Below are positions 23,946-32,067 of a stretch of DNA of 33,355 bases, piece after piece. Both the position numbers and the translations under genes were made by a program. The notes under the pieces were generated by a model. It was given only the letters and a program-made list of their open reading frames with translations. It made no database searches and was not told the origin of the DNA. The stretch lies in the NCBI GenBank assembly GCA_964497385.1, contig CAZCER010000001.1, positions 1 through 33,355 on the forward strand, in the 5' to 3' direction. The DNA comes from an uncultured Armatimonadia bacterium. Its GTDB lineage: Bacteria; Armatimonadota; Zipacnadia; UBA1398. Position 1 is the first letter of the stretch; every line of letters begins with the position of its first letter.

Positions 23946-25352
23946 CTACGCCTCCACTCCCTTGGCTTGCATCTCCAAATCGGGCCCGGCGAGCCGGCTG
24001 GGGCAGCAGGCGGGTCCGGCCTCGCGAGCCAGGGCCAGGTAGTGATCCCCTGTCTCGAAGACGTCCTCGAGTTCCTCCCGCCAGCGATCGGCCATAGCCC
24101 TCAACTCGAAGCGCAGGGCGTCATGCCCGGCGTCGGCAACGAGGTTGGTAAGTTGGTAGGGGTCCTGCCGGTTGTCGTAGAGGAGCCAGTCCTCGTCGCG
24201 GGTGCGGACGTAGCTGTGGCTCTTCGTGCGCACCCCACGCCACTCCGGGATCCCCGCCGCAAGCGCCTCGCCGGCCGCGCACACGTCCATGATGTAGGCG
24301 GACTCGGGCTCCTCGCCGGGCTCACCGCGCAGCGCGAACGCGAGGTCCTGACCGTCCATGTCGGCCGGGTTCGGAACGCCCGTGAGCGAGAGCGCGGTCG
24401 GGAGCACGTCGACGCTCGAGAGCAGCACGTCGGTCACGCGCCCGGCGGGGATTCCCGGACCGCGGGCCACGAAGGGCACGAGGATGGACTCCTCCCAGGG
24501 CCGCTGCTTCCGGATCTCCCCGTGCGAGCCGAGCATGTCGCCGTGGTCGGAGGTGAAGACGACAAGGGTGTTCTCGAGAGCGCCGGTGCGCTCCAGGACC
24601 GCCAGAAGCCGGCCGACGTTGTGGTCGAGGTTCGCGATCATGCCGTAGTACGCGGCGATCTCGGCCGGTGGGTCGTACCCGTGACCGGGATGGCGCCCCA
24701 GGAACTTTGCCACACGAGGCGAGGGCTCCATCCGGACGTTCGGGCGGAGGGGAACGTCCTCCGAGCGGTACCGCGTGAGCCACTCCTCGGGCGCCACGAG
24801 CGGATTATGGGGCGTGCCGTAGGAGACGAAGAGGCAGAACGGGTCGCGTCCGACGTCCTCGAGGAATTCCACCGCGAGATCGGTGTGCCCGTCGGGCTCG
24901 TAGCCGTCGATCGGGATGGGGTTCGGCGAATCGGTGTAGTAGAAGGCGTCGAAGTAGGCGTGAGAGCAGTTGCATACGGCCCAATGCTCGAATCCGCGCC
25001 TGCGCCACCCCGGGGGAGTCCAGCCCAAGCGGTTTTGTCCGTCGAGGTGCCACTTCCCGATGTAGCCCGTCCGGTAGCCCGCGTCCGCGTAGATCGAGCC
25101 CGCGCAGAGGTTGTGTTCGGGGAGCCGCACGTCGTTGAAGTACATGCCGTTCCGGAATGCGTGGTTCCCGGTGAGGAGAGACGCGCGATAGGGGGAGCAG
25201 ACCGGGTAGGAGGACACGGCGTTCGTGACTCGGACGCCTTCGCGGGCGATCCGGTCGATGTTCGGAGTCCGTACCAGGCGGTTCCCTCCGGCTCCGAAGG
25301 CCTGGCCGCGCATCTGGTCGGCGAAGACGAAGAGCAGGTTGGTGGGCGGCAT
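23946..25352 (-). CDS. Sulfatase family protein (formylglycine-type), no signal peptide (468 aa from ATG 25352)
   Basis: GGGAG lies 7 nt upstream of ATG 25352. Reads MPPTNLLFVFADQMRG ... PVCSPYRASLLTG (C-x-P-x-R at 25185..25199) ... VVFTSDHGDMLGSHG. The track start at 25574 adds 74 non-conserved Arg/Pro-rich residues. Confidence 0.9.
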   Translation of the reverse strand: MPPTNLLFVFADQMRGQAFGAGGNRLVRTPNIDRIAREGVRVTNAVSSYPVCSPYRASLLTGNHAFRNGMYFNDVRLPEHNLCAGSIYADAGYRTGYIGKWHLDGQNRLGWTPPGWRRRGFEHWAVCNCSHAYFDAFYYTDSPNPIPIDGYEPDGHTDLAVEFLEDVGRDPFCLFVSYGTPHNPLVAPEEWLTRYRSEDVPLRPNVRMEPSPRVAKFLGRHPGHGYDPPAEIAAYYGMIANLDHNVGRLLAVLERTGALENTLVVFTSDHGDMLGSHGEIRKQRPWEESILVPFVARGPGIPAGRVTDVLLSSVDVLPTALSLTGVPNPADMDGQDLAFALRGEPGEEPESAYIMDVCAAGEALAAGIPEWRGVRTKSHSYVRTRDEDWLLYDNRQDPYQLTNLVADAGHDALRFELRAMADRWREELEDVFETGDHYLALAREAGPACCPSRLAGPDLEMQAKGVEA

Positions 25353-25740
25353 ATGCGCGCTCCCTTCCGACATCCGATAGTAAGCCCGAACGCGCCGCGT
25401 ATCCTCCTGCCGCGGTTCCCGGGGGCCTTCGGGCCGGCGGAGGCGTACGGGAGAGGCGCGAGGGGCGCCGAGCGGAGCGTCCGCCCTATGCGGAGTCTGG
25501 GAACCCAGGGAGGGGTCCACGCCGCGCCTGCTGTACACTTGATATAGCGCTTGGAAGGCGAAGTTCGGCTGCATGCCGCGAGATCGCCCCCTCGCCGGGG
25601 TTGGCGGATCCTATGCCTCCTGGCGCCCCTGCAGGCCCTCTCGCCGCCCCCGGCGAACCGTCGTCCTCGGCCGCTCCGACGGCTCACACTCCACCACGCG
25701 CGCTTGTCAGGGCGATGAGCGCCGAAGGGACACGGTTCCC

Positions 25741-27507
25741 GTGATCACACGTCGTCCGCTCCTCTCTACGCTTAGCGTCATCCTGCTCGCGTCCGGGGCT
25801 CTGGCCGCCGAGGAAGGCTTCGACCGCACGCTCCAGGTCGTCTACTTCACGCCGGCGGACCGCGAGCCGCTTCCGGCCTACGTTGAGCGGCTCGACCGAG
25901 TTATGACCGAGGTCCAGCGGTTCTACGCCGAGGGGATGGCGATGCACGGCTTCGGGCCGAGGACCTTCCCTCTCGAGCGAGACGCCTCCGGGCGGCTCGT
26001 CGTGCATCTTGTGAAGGGCGCCCGCGACCGCGAGTTCTACACAAGCGAGCATGGACACGACCTGCGCGAGGAAGCGGCCCAAGCGCTCGCCGCGGAGGGG
26101 ATCGACGCCGACCGCGAGACGCTCTTGATCGTCGGAAACCTCGTGAGCGTCGACGGCGACCATCTCTCGGGCGACTGCCCGTACTACGGCGGGGGCGACC
26201 ACCGGTCCGGCACGGCGTGGGTGACCGACTACGCCGGCCTCGACACGCGAAACCTCCGTCGGAAGGCGCCCAGGGTCTACGACAACGGGAGACCCTACTC
26301 GCTCGGGAAGTACAACTCCGTCTACATCGGCGGCGTCACCCACGAACTCGGCCACGCGCTCGGGCTCCCCCACGTGCGCGCGAACAGCGCGGAAGAGCCT
26401 CTGGGCACGACCCTGATGAGCAGCGGGAACTACACGTTCGGCGAGGACAAGCGCGGTGAGGGTAAGGGGACGTTCCTCTCCCGAGCCAGCGCCCTGATGC
26501 TCGCGGACCACCCCCTCTTTCGCCGCTCCGACGAGGGGCGCGACGCGGACCTGACCTGCGCGCTGGCGGACCTCCGTTGCGAGCCCACCGCGGGCGGCAT
26601 GCGGATCAGCGGACGCGTGGAAGCCGCGACGCCGCCCGTGAGGGTCATCGCCTTCAGCGACCCGGAGGGCGGGAGCGACTACGATGCGCGGACCTGGGAC
26701 GCCGAGGTGCGCGCGCATGGGCTGTTTCACGTCGCGATCGGCGATCTGCTGGAAGGCCGCTACGAACTACGGCTGATGTTCCTCTTCCCAAACGGGGCCC
26801 AGACCGTGTTCCGGATGCCCTTCGACGCGGCCGCGAACGGACGCGCCGACCACCGAGCGGTGGAACTCGCCCATCTTGGGGCGAGGGCGCTGGAGGCGCA
26901 GCTCGCGGGCGACGACGCGGCGCGCGAGGAGTACGTCAGCTTGCTCGAGAGACGCTTCGACCGCATCCCCGACGAGCGCCGGACCTTCGGACAGAGGGCG
27001 CTTGTGGAGAAGGCCAGGTCGCTCGCGGAGATCGCGGCGTCCGAGCCGGTCACGGAACCGGGGCCGGCGCCGGCCGACGTCGATCCCTCGGTCACGCGTG
27101 CCTGGCTGTGCGATCTCGCGTGGGAGTCCGCCGAAGTCGGCTACGGCAGGCCTTCGCGCGACCGGGCGCCCGACGAGAAGCCCGGTTGGCTGGAGTCGGC
27201 GGACCGGTATCACGCGCACGGGCTCTGGGCCCATTCGAACTCGCGCTACGTCTTTCGCCTCGGGGGCGAGTGGGAGCGGTTTCGGACGTCCTACGCTCTG
27301 CAGTACGGCGCCGGCGGAAGCGTGGTGTTCATCGTGCTCGCGGACGGGGAGGAGCGCCTGAGAACGCCTCGCCTGCGGACCGCGAAAGAGGGTCACGCGG
27401 AGATCGACGTGACCGGAGTCGAGACGCTGGAACTCATCGTGGACGACGGCGACGGGAGCAAGTACCAGGACGGGAGCGTCTGGTACTCGCCGGAGATCAG
27501 CCGATAG
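25741..27507 (+). CDS. Secreted metzincin-like zinc peptidase fused to a C-terminal NPCBM/NEW2-like carbohydrate-binding domain (588 aa from GTG 25741)
   Basis: Signal peptide (M)ITRRPLLSTLSVILLASGALAAEE. Zinc site THELGHALGLPH (HExxHxxGxxH, 26341..26373), with a candidate Met-turn TLMSSG. The C-terminal ~140 aa read WLCDLAWESAEVGYGRPSRD ... HGLWAHSNSRYVFRL ... GSVVFIVLADGEE ... LELIVDDGDGSKYQDGSVWYSPEI, an NPCBM pattern. Confidence 0.85.
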   Translation: MITRRPLLSTLSVILLASGALAAEEGFDRTLQVVYFTPADREPLPAYVERLDRVMTEVQRFYAEGMAMHGFGPRTFPLERDASGRLVVHLVKGARDREFYTSEHGHDLREEAAQALAAEGIDADRETLLIVGNLVSVDGDHLSGDCPYYGGGDHRSGTAWVTDYAGLDTRNLRRKAPRVYDNGRPYSLGKYNSVYIGGVTHELGHALGLPHVRANSAEEPLGTTLMSSGNYTFGEDKRGEGKGTFLSRASALMLADHPLFRRSDEGRDADLTCALADLRCEPTAGGMRISGRVEAATPPVRVIAFSDPEGGSDYDARTWDAEVRAHGLFHVAIGDLLEGRYELRLMFLFPNGAQTVFRMPFDAAANGRADHRAVELAHLGARALEAQLAGDDAAREEYVSLLERRFDRIPDERRTFGQRALVEKARSLAEIAASEPVTEPGPAPADVDPSVTRAWLCDLAWESAEVGYGRPSRDRAPDEKPGWLESADRYHAHGLWAHSNSRYVFRLGGEWERFRTSYALQYGAGGSVVFIVLADGEERLRTPRLRTAKEGHAEIDVTGVETLELIVDDGDGSKYQDGSVWYSPEISR

Positions 27508-27602
27508 AGCCGGGGGGCTCCCGGTTTGCCCCGGGCCCGCCAAGACGCTAAGGTGACGCGAGGAAAGTGAGCCTCGGGGACGCACGCTTTGGAGGCGTGA
27601 GC

Positions 27603-28979
27603 ATGAGCCGTCTGATGCGATGGTGCGCGCCGGCCGCTTTGCTGCTCTGTGTGGCCGCCGGCGGCCCCCTGCACGCCGCCACCGAGGAGTCGGCTCGAGC
27701 GGCGCTCGACGAGGCCCTGCCCGAACTCGCGGAGGGCGCGGATGCGGCGTTCTTCGCGCTCCTTGCGTCGATGGTCGACGGTGACGAACTCAGCGTTCGC
27801 TACAACCTTCGGTACGCGCGCTTTCGCTGCGTCGGTGATCGGATCGAGGTCCTCGCTCAGGCGGACGAGGCCGTGACGCCCGACGGGGCGGAGTTCGACG
27901 GAGCCGCGATCGACCTCTCAGACTCGGCGGAGCGCGGCCATCCGCCCCGCGCGGCCCTCGTGGTCGACTTGGACCAATGGCTCGACCTCGATCGAGTTGG
28001 CGGACGCCTACGCGAGGAGTACGGGGCGCCGACGTCGCAGTCCGCGCGCGCGGTCACCTTCCGGCTTCCGGACGCGGGCGGAACGCTCACACTCACCGCC
28101 GAGGGTCTCCTCTGTGTGTTGAGGCGAGGAGCGGCGGACAGCTTGGCCGCTGTGGACGGCCTTCTCGATGCGGTCTATCGCGTCGCCGAGGCCGCCTCGC
28201 AGGTGCATGTCGCGCTCGCGGACGCCTCGCGCGAGGATCTGTTGCGGCGGAGCGTTCTGTACTCCCAGCCGCGCGAAAGCTACGCGCGAGCGTGGTTCGT
28301 GATCGGCCCGCAGAGGCTGACCGAGGGGCGTCTGCCGGAGTGGACGCGCGGGCTAGCGTCCGGGATCGACGCCACGGCGATCCTCGCCGACTACGCTCCG
28401 CCCCCCACCGCGGCGGCGCGTCCCTCGGGGGGGGCGCCTTCGGACGCGCCGCTCCCGCCGCGCGGGGGCCGGTCGGCCCATCGCCGCGCTCCGCGCGACG
28501 ATCGGCCCGAATCGGTTGAGCCGTCGCACGGACCGAGCGAGGCTCGGATCCGGGTGTGGGCGGTCGGGATGGGCAGCATGCCGTCGATCAAGGTGAACGG
28601 CCGCAGGGTGATCCGCGGGGTCGAGGGAGACAAGGGCGGGGGCGAAGGCCCGCCGGACAAGCACGGCGCCGCCGACGTCACGGAGGTGCTGCGGCCCGGA
28701 GAGAACCGGATCGAGACGATCGAGACGCCCTACGCGGCCGCGTGCGTGGTCTGCATCGAGTTGATCGCCCCGAGCGGCGCGAGCGCGGCGTTCGAAGTCG
28801 CGGCCGGCCGCACCGTCCAAGTCGCCGCCTCAGCCCCCCTAAGCCGGCTTCTCGCCGACTGGCCCGAGCTTGCGGTGATCCTTGCGCCGGGAACGGTCGA
28901 AGAGACGGACGGCCCTCGGGACGCGGACCTTGAGCCCCAAGCGGCGGCTTCGCGCGCCGGTGCTATAATGTGCGGTTGA
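27603..28979 (+). CDS. Secreted hypothetical protein (458 aa)
   Basis: GGAGG lies 7 nt upstream of ATG 27603. Signal peptide MSRLMRWCAPAALLLCVAAGGPLHA. GC3-rich codons throughout. A Pro/Arg-rich linker (PPPTAAARPSGGAPSDAPLPPRGG) precedes a C-terminal segment IKVNGRRVIRGVEG...ADVTEVLRPGENRIETIE. No family recognised. Confidence 0.7.
   Translation: MSRLMRWCAPAALLLCVAAGGPLHAATEESARAALDEALPELAEGADAAFFALLASMVDGDELSVRYNLRYARFRCVGDRIEVLAQADEAVTPDGAEFDGAAIDLSDSAERGHPPRAALVVDLDQWLDLDRVGGRLREEYGAPTSQSARAVTFRLPDAGGTLTLTAEGLLCVLRRGAADSLAAVDGLLDAVYRVAEAASQVHVALADASREDLLRRSVLYSQPRESYARAWFVIGPQRLTEGRLPEWTRGLASGIDATAILADYAPPPTAAARPSGGAPSDAPLPPRGGRSAHRRAPRDDRPESVEPSHGPSEARIRVWAVGMGSMPSIKVNGRRVIRGVEGDKGGGEGPPDKHGAADVTEVLRPGENRIETIETPYAAACVVCIELIAPSGASAAFEVAAGRTVQVAASAPLSRLLADWPELAVILAPGTVEETDGPRDADLEPQAAASRAGAIMCG
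28961..28969 (+). promoter_or_regulatory. Extended -10 element TGCTATAAT upstream of the E1 gene
   Basis: TGcTATAAT at 28961..28969, 63 nt upstream of ATG 29032. It is embedded in the last codons (GAIMCG-stop) of the preceding gene. No good -35. Confidence 0.4.
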
Positions 28980-29031
28980 TCGCCAGCCAGACTACTCCAC
29001 CGAACCAACCCAGCAAGGAGCGAGCCAAACC

Positions 29032-31311
29032 ATGCCGCAGGACCTCGACGTACTTCCCGATTTTCAGCGTGGCTCCATCACTTTCGGCGCGATCCCGTGT
29101 TTCTCGTACGACGGCAACGTCGGCTCCGAGATCGCGGCCGGAAGCCTCGACGCCGCGACGGCGCTTGACCTGTACCGATGGGTTCTCTCGGTGCGCGCCT
29201 TCGAAGAGATCATCGTGGACCTCAAGAACGGGAAATGCGCCGCGATCCCCGGCTTCAAGTTCATCGGCGCGACGCATCTCTCGATCGGCCAGGAGGCCGT
29301 CGCCGTCGGCGGGATCTGCTCACTCCGCCCCGACGATCTGATCACCAGCACGCACCGCGGCCACGGGCACTCCATCGCCAAGGGCGCGTACGCTCTGGCG
29401 CACCGTTCCGATGACTTCCTCCGCGAGTTCTGCGACCTACCCGAGGTGGAGGGCGCGGATCTGAAGGAGCGCGCGTTTCGGACCCATCTCGTGAAAGCGG
29501 TCGCCGAGTTGTTCGGCAAGGAGTGCGGCTACTGCCACGGACGCGGCGGCGGCATGCACATCGCCGACTTCCACACCGGTCACCTTGGCGCGAACGCCAT
29601 AGTGGGCGGCTCGTCGGCGATCGGCGCGGGCGCGGCGCTCGCGTGCGCGAAGCTTGGGAACGGCAAGCTCTGCATGTGCCTGGTGGGCGACGGCGCGGCG
29701 AACAACGGCATCTTCCACGAAGCCTGCAACTTCGCCGTGCAGGACCAGTTCAAGGAGTTCCACGGCGGGCTTCCGGTCATCTTCGCGATTGAGAACAACC
29801 AGTACGGCATGTCCGGCCAGCAGATCGGCGAGGTCACGGGCATTCGGCGTCTCGCCTCCCGCGGCGCGGCCTACAACGACGAGATGATGCACGCGGAGGT
29901 CGTGAACGGGATGGACGTCCTTGCCTGCCGCGACGCGACGCTCCGCGCGGCGGAGGTCTGCCGCTCGGGCGAGGGCCCGGTGCTGCTCGAGTTCATCACT
30001 TACCGCTACAAGGGGCACTCGCTCTCGGACGCCTTCCGCTACCGCTCGCGTGAGGAAGAGGCGGCGTGGTACGCCAAGGACCCGGTGGACAACTACGAGC
30101 GGCAGCTTGTGGAGGCCGGCCTGATCACGGAGGCCGAGGCGAGCGAGCACCGCGCGTGGGCGAAGTCCGAGGTCGAGAAGGCCGCCGTCATCGCCGCCGC
30201 CTCGGCGGACCCGGACCCGAGGGAGATCGGGCGGGGACTGCTCGCCGAGACGACTTCGGAGGTGGTCCCGGCGGAGTTCAAGGTGGATCCCGCAACGCTT
30301 CCCGGGGCTCCCTACAAGAAGACCCGCCGCGACGCGCAGGGCCGCATCCTGATGCGCCACGCCGTCGCCGAGGCGATCTCCGAGGAGATGATCCGCGATC
30401 GGCGCGTGTGCTTCTACGGCGAGGACGTCGCGGACTACGGCGGGGCGTTCCAGGCGACCGTGGGGCTGCTCGAGCTGTTCGGAAGGAACCGCGTGTTCAA
30501 CGCGCCGATCTCCGAAGCCGCGATCATCGGCACGGGCGCGGGCGCCGCGATGGCGGGCATGCGGCCGATCGTGGAGATCATGTACATCGACTTCATCCTG
30601 ATGACGATGGACCAACTCGGGAACCAGGCCGCCAAGGCTCGGTACATGTTCGGCGGGAAGGCCATCGTGCCGATGGTCGTCCGCACCACGGTCGGCGGAG
30701 GCAAGGGCTACGCGGGCCAGCACAGCCAGAGCCTCGAGGCCATCTGCACGCAGATCCCCGGCCTGAAGGTCGTGGCGCCGTCCACCCCGTATGACTGCAA
30801 GGGACTCCTCAAGACCGCCGTGCGCGACGACAACTGCGTGGTCTTCATCGAGCACCAGAACCTCTACACCGAGAAGGGCGCCGTCCCCGAGGAGGAGTAC
30901 ACCATCCCGTTCGGCGTGGGGGCGATCCGCCGCGAAGGCTCGGACGTGACCCTCGTGGCGTACAGCTACATGGCGACCGTTGCCCTGAAGGCCGCCGAGA
31001 TTCTCGAGGAGCGGGGCGTCTCCGCCGAGGTCATCGATCCGCGAACCCTCATTCCGTTCGACTACGAGATGGTGGCCGAGTCGGTCCGGAAGACGGGTCG
31101 GCTGCTGGTGGCGAACCAGGCGCCCACGACGGGGTGCTTTGGTGAACACATCGTCGCGAGGGTCCAGGAGCGCGCTTTCGCTCAGATGAAGCATCCGGCG
31201 CGGATCGCGGCCGCGTACGACGTGCCGCCGCCGATGGCGGCGCCGCTCGAGCGCGAGAACATCCCCACGGCGGAGAAGATTGCCGACATCGCGATGGGGA
31301 TGGTAAAGTAG
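29032..31311 (+). CDS. Fused alpha/beta E1 component of a TPP-dependent 2-oxoacid (pyruvate/acetoin-type) dehydrogenase (759 aa)
   Basis: AAGGAG lies 11 nt upstream. The alpha part reads THLSIGQEAVAVG..STHRGHGHSIAKG and carries the TPP motif CLVGDGAANNGIFHEACNFA...ENNQYGMS. The beta part reads ILMRHAVAEAISEEM..FYGEDVADYGGAFQATVGL..RVFNAPISEAAIIGTGAGAAMAGMRPIVEIM. Confidence 0.92.
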   Translation: MPQDLDVLPDFQRGSITFGAIPCFSYDGNVGSEIAAGSLDAATALDLYRWVLSVRAFEEIIVDLKNGKCAAIPGFKFIGATHLSIGQEAVAVGGICSLRPDDLITSTHRGHGHSIAKGAYALAHRSDDFLREFCDLPEVEGADLKERAFRTHLVKAVAELFGKECGYCHGRGGGMHIADFHTGHLGANAIVGGSSAIGAGAALACAKLGNGKLCMCLVGDGAANNGIFHEACNFAVQDQFKEFHGGLPVIFAIENNQYGMSGQQIGEVTGIRRLASRGAAYNDEMMHAEVVNGMDVLACRDATLRAAEVCRSGEGPVLLEFITYRYKGHSLSDAFRYRSREEEAAWYAKDPVDNYERQLVEAGLITEAEASEHRAWAKSEVEKAAVIAAASADPDPREIGRGLLAETTSEVVPAEFKVDPATLPGAPYKKTRRDAQGRILMRHAVAEAISEEMIRDRRVCFYGEDVADYGGAFQATVGLLELFGRNRVFNAPISEAAIIGTGAGAAMAGMRPIVEIMYIDFILMTMDQLGNQAAKARYMFGGKAIVPMVVRTTVGGGKGYAGQHSQSLEAICTQIPGLKVVAPSTPYDCKGLLKTAVRDDNCVVFIEHQNLYTEKGAVPEEEYTIPFGVGAIRREGSDVTLVAYSYMATVALKAAEILEERGVSAEVIDPRTLIPFDYEMVAESVRKTGRLLVANQAPTTGCFGEHIVARVQERAFAQMKHPARIAAAYDVPPPMAAPLERENIPTAEKIADIAMGMVK

Positions 31312-31449
31312 CAGCTTTCCGGCGCCGGGGCTCGGCTTCCCTGCACCAGACCACCAGTGTCTGCGGACAAACCGTCTGTAACGTTGCGCTTACCCTACCG
31401 GTCGTCACGGAGCGGCCGGGCGCGGCGATATGGAGGAGGGACGAAGCTG

Positions 31450-31962
31450 ATGGCCAAGCGGCCCTTGGACTACCGGGAAGTCTTCGCGGAGACCATGCGC
31501 CTCACCGGCAGCATCGGTGCTTTGCTCAACGGCGTGGACGCTTCCGGACGCGTCAACACGATGACGATCGGATGGGCGACCCTCGGGATCATCTGGGGGA
31601 AGCCCATCGCGAGCGTCTTGGTGCGCCCCTCGCGGTACACCTACACCTTCGTCGAAGCCACCCCCGACTTCACGATCAACGTGCTCGGAGAAGAGCACGC
31701 CTCGGCGCTGGGCCTCTGCGGCTCCGTGTCCGGACGCGATCACGACAAGTTCGCGGAGACCGGGTTGACCCTCGCGCCCGCCGAGAAGGTGCGGACCCCC
31801 ATCGTCGAGCAGGCTCGGATCGTGTTCGAGTGCGCAACCGTCCATCGCCACGATCTGGATCCCGCCGCGCTCTCCGAGCAGATCGTGGGATCCTACTATC
31901 CGCAGGGCGATTTCCACAGGGTCTATCACGGCGAGATCGTGGCGTGCTACGGCGATCTCTAG
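31450..31962 (+). CDS. Flavin reductase-like (FMN-binding split-barrel) domain protein (170 aa)
   Basis: GGAGGAGGG lies 9 nt upstream of ATG 31450. Reads VNTMTIGWATLGIIWGKPIASVLVRPSRYTYTFV ... SGRDHDKFAETGLT, typical of the flavin reductase family. The track start at 31357 has no SD. Confidence 0.82.
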   Translation: MAKRPLDYREVFAETMRLTGSIGALLNGVDASGRVNTMTIGWATLGIIWGKPIASVLVRPSRYTYTFVEATPDFTINVLGEEHASALGLCGSVSGRDHDKFAETGLTLAPAEKVRTPIVEQARIVFECATVHRHDLDPAALSEQIVGSYYPQGDFHRVYHGEIVACYGDL

Positions 31963-32067
31963 AGCGCCGTGCGGACCGCTTGCGGAGGGTGACCGACGCC
32001 GGTCCGCGCTCCTGGTCCGCTTGCGGCCGCCGCGGTGGTTCGCGCCGCGGATGAGAGAGGGATTCGC

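Noticed and set aside
23417-23960. Genomic island or prophage remnant integrated at ssrA
   Set aside because: The only downstream echo of the tmRNA 3' end is a 9-nt match (cgcctccac near 23948), which is compatible with chance. There is no integrase, excisionase or phage gene in the flanking kilobases.
31963-32067. Direct repeat G(A/T)CCGCTTGCGG x2 and the 7-bp inverted repeat cggaccg/cggtccg upstream of the second TlpA-like gene
   Set aside because: These are short GC-rich matches that are easily produced by chance at this base composition. They have no associated -10/-35 and no similarity to the upstream region of the paralog.
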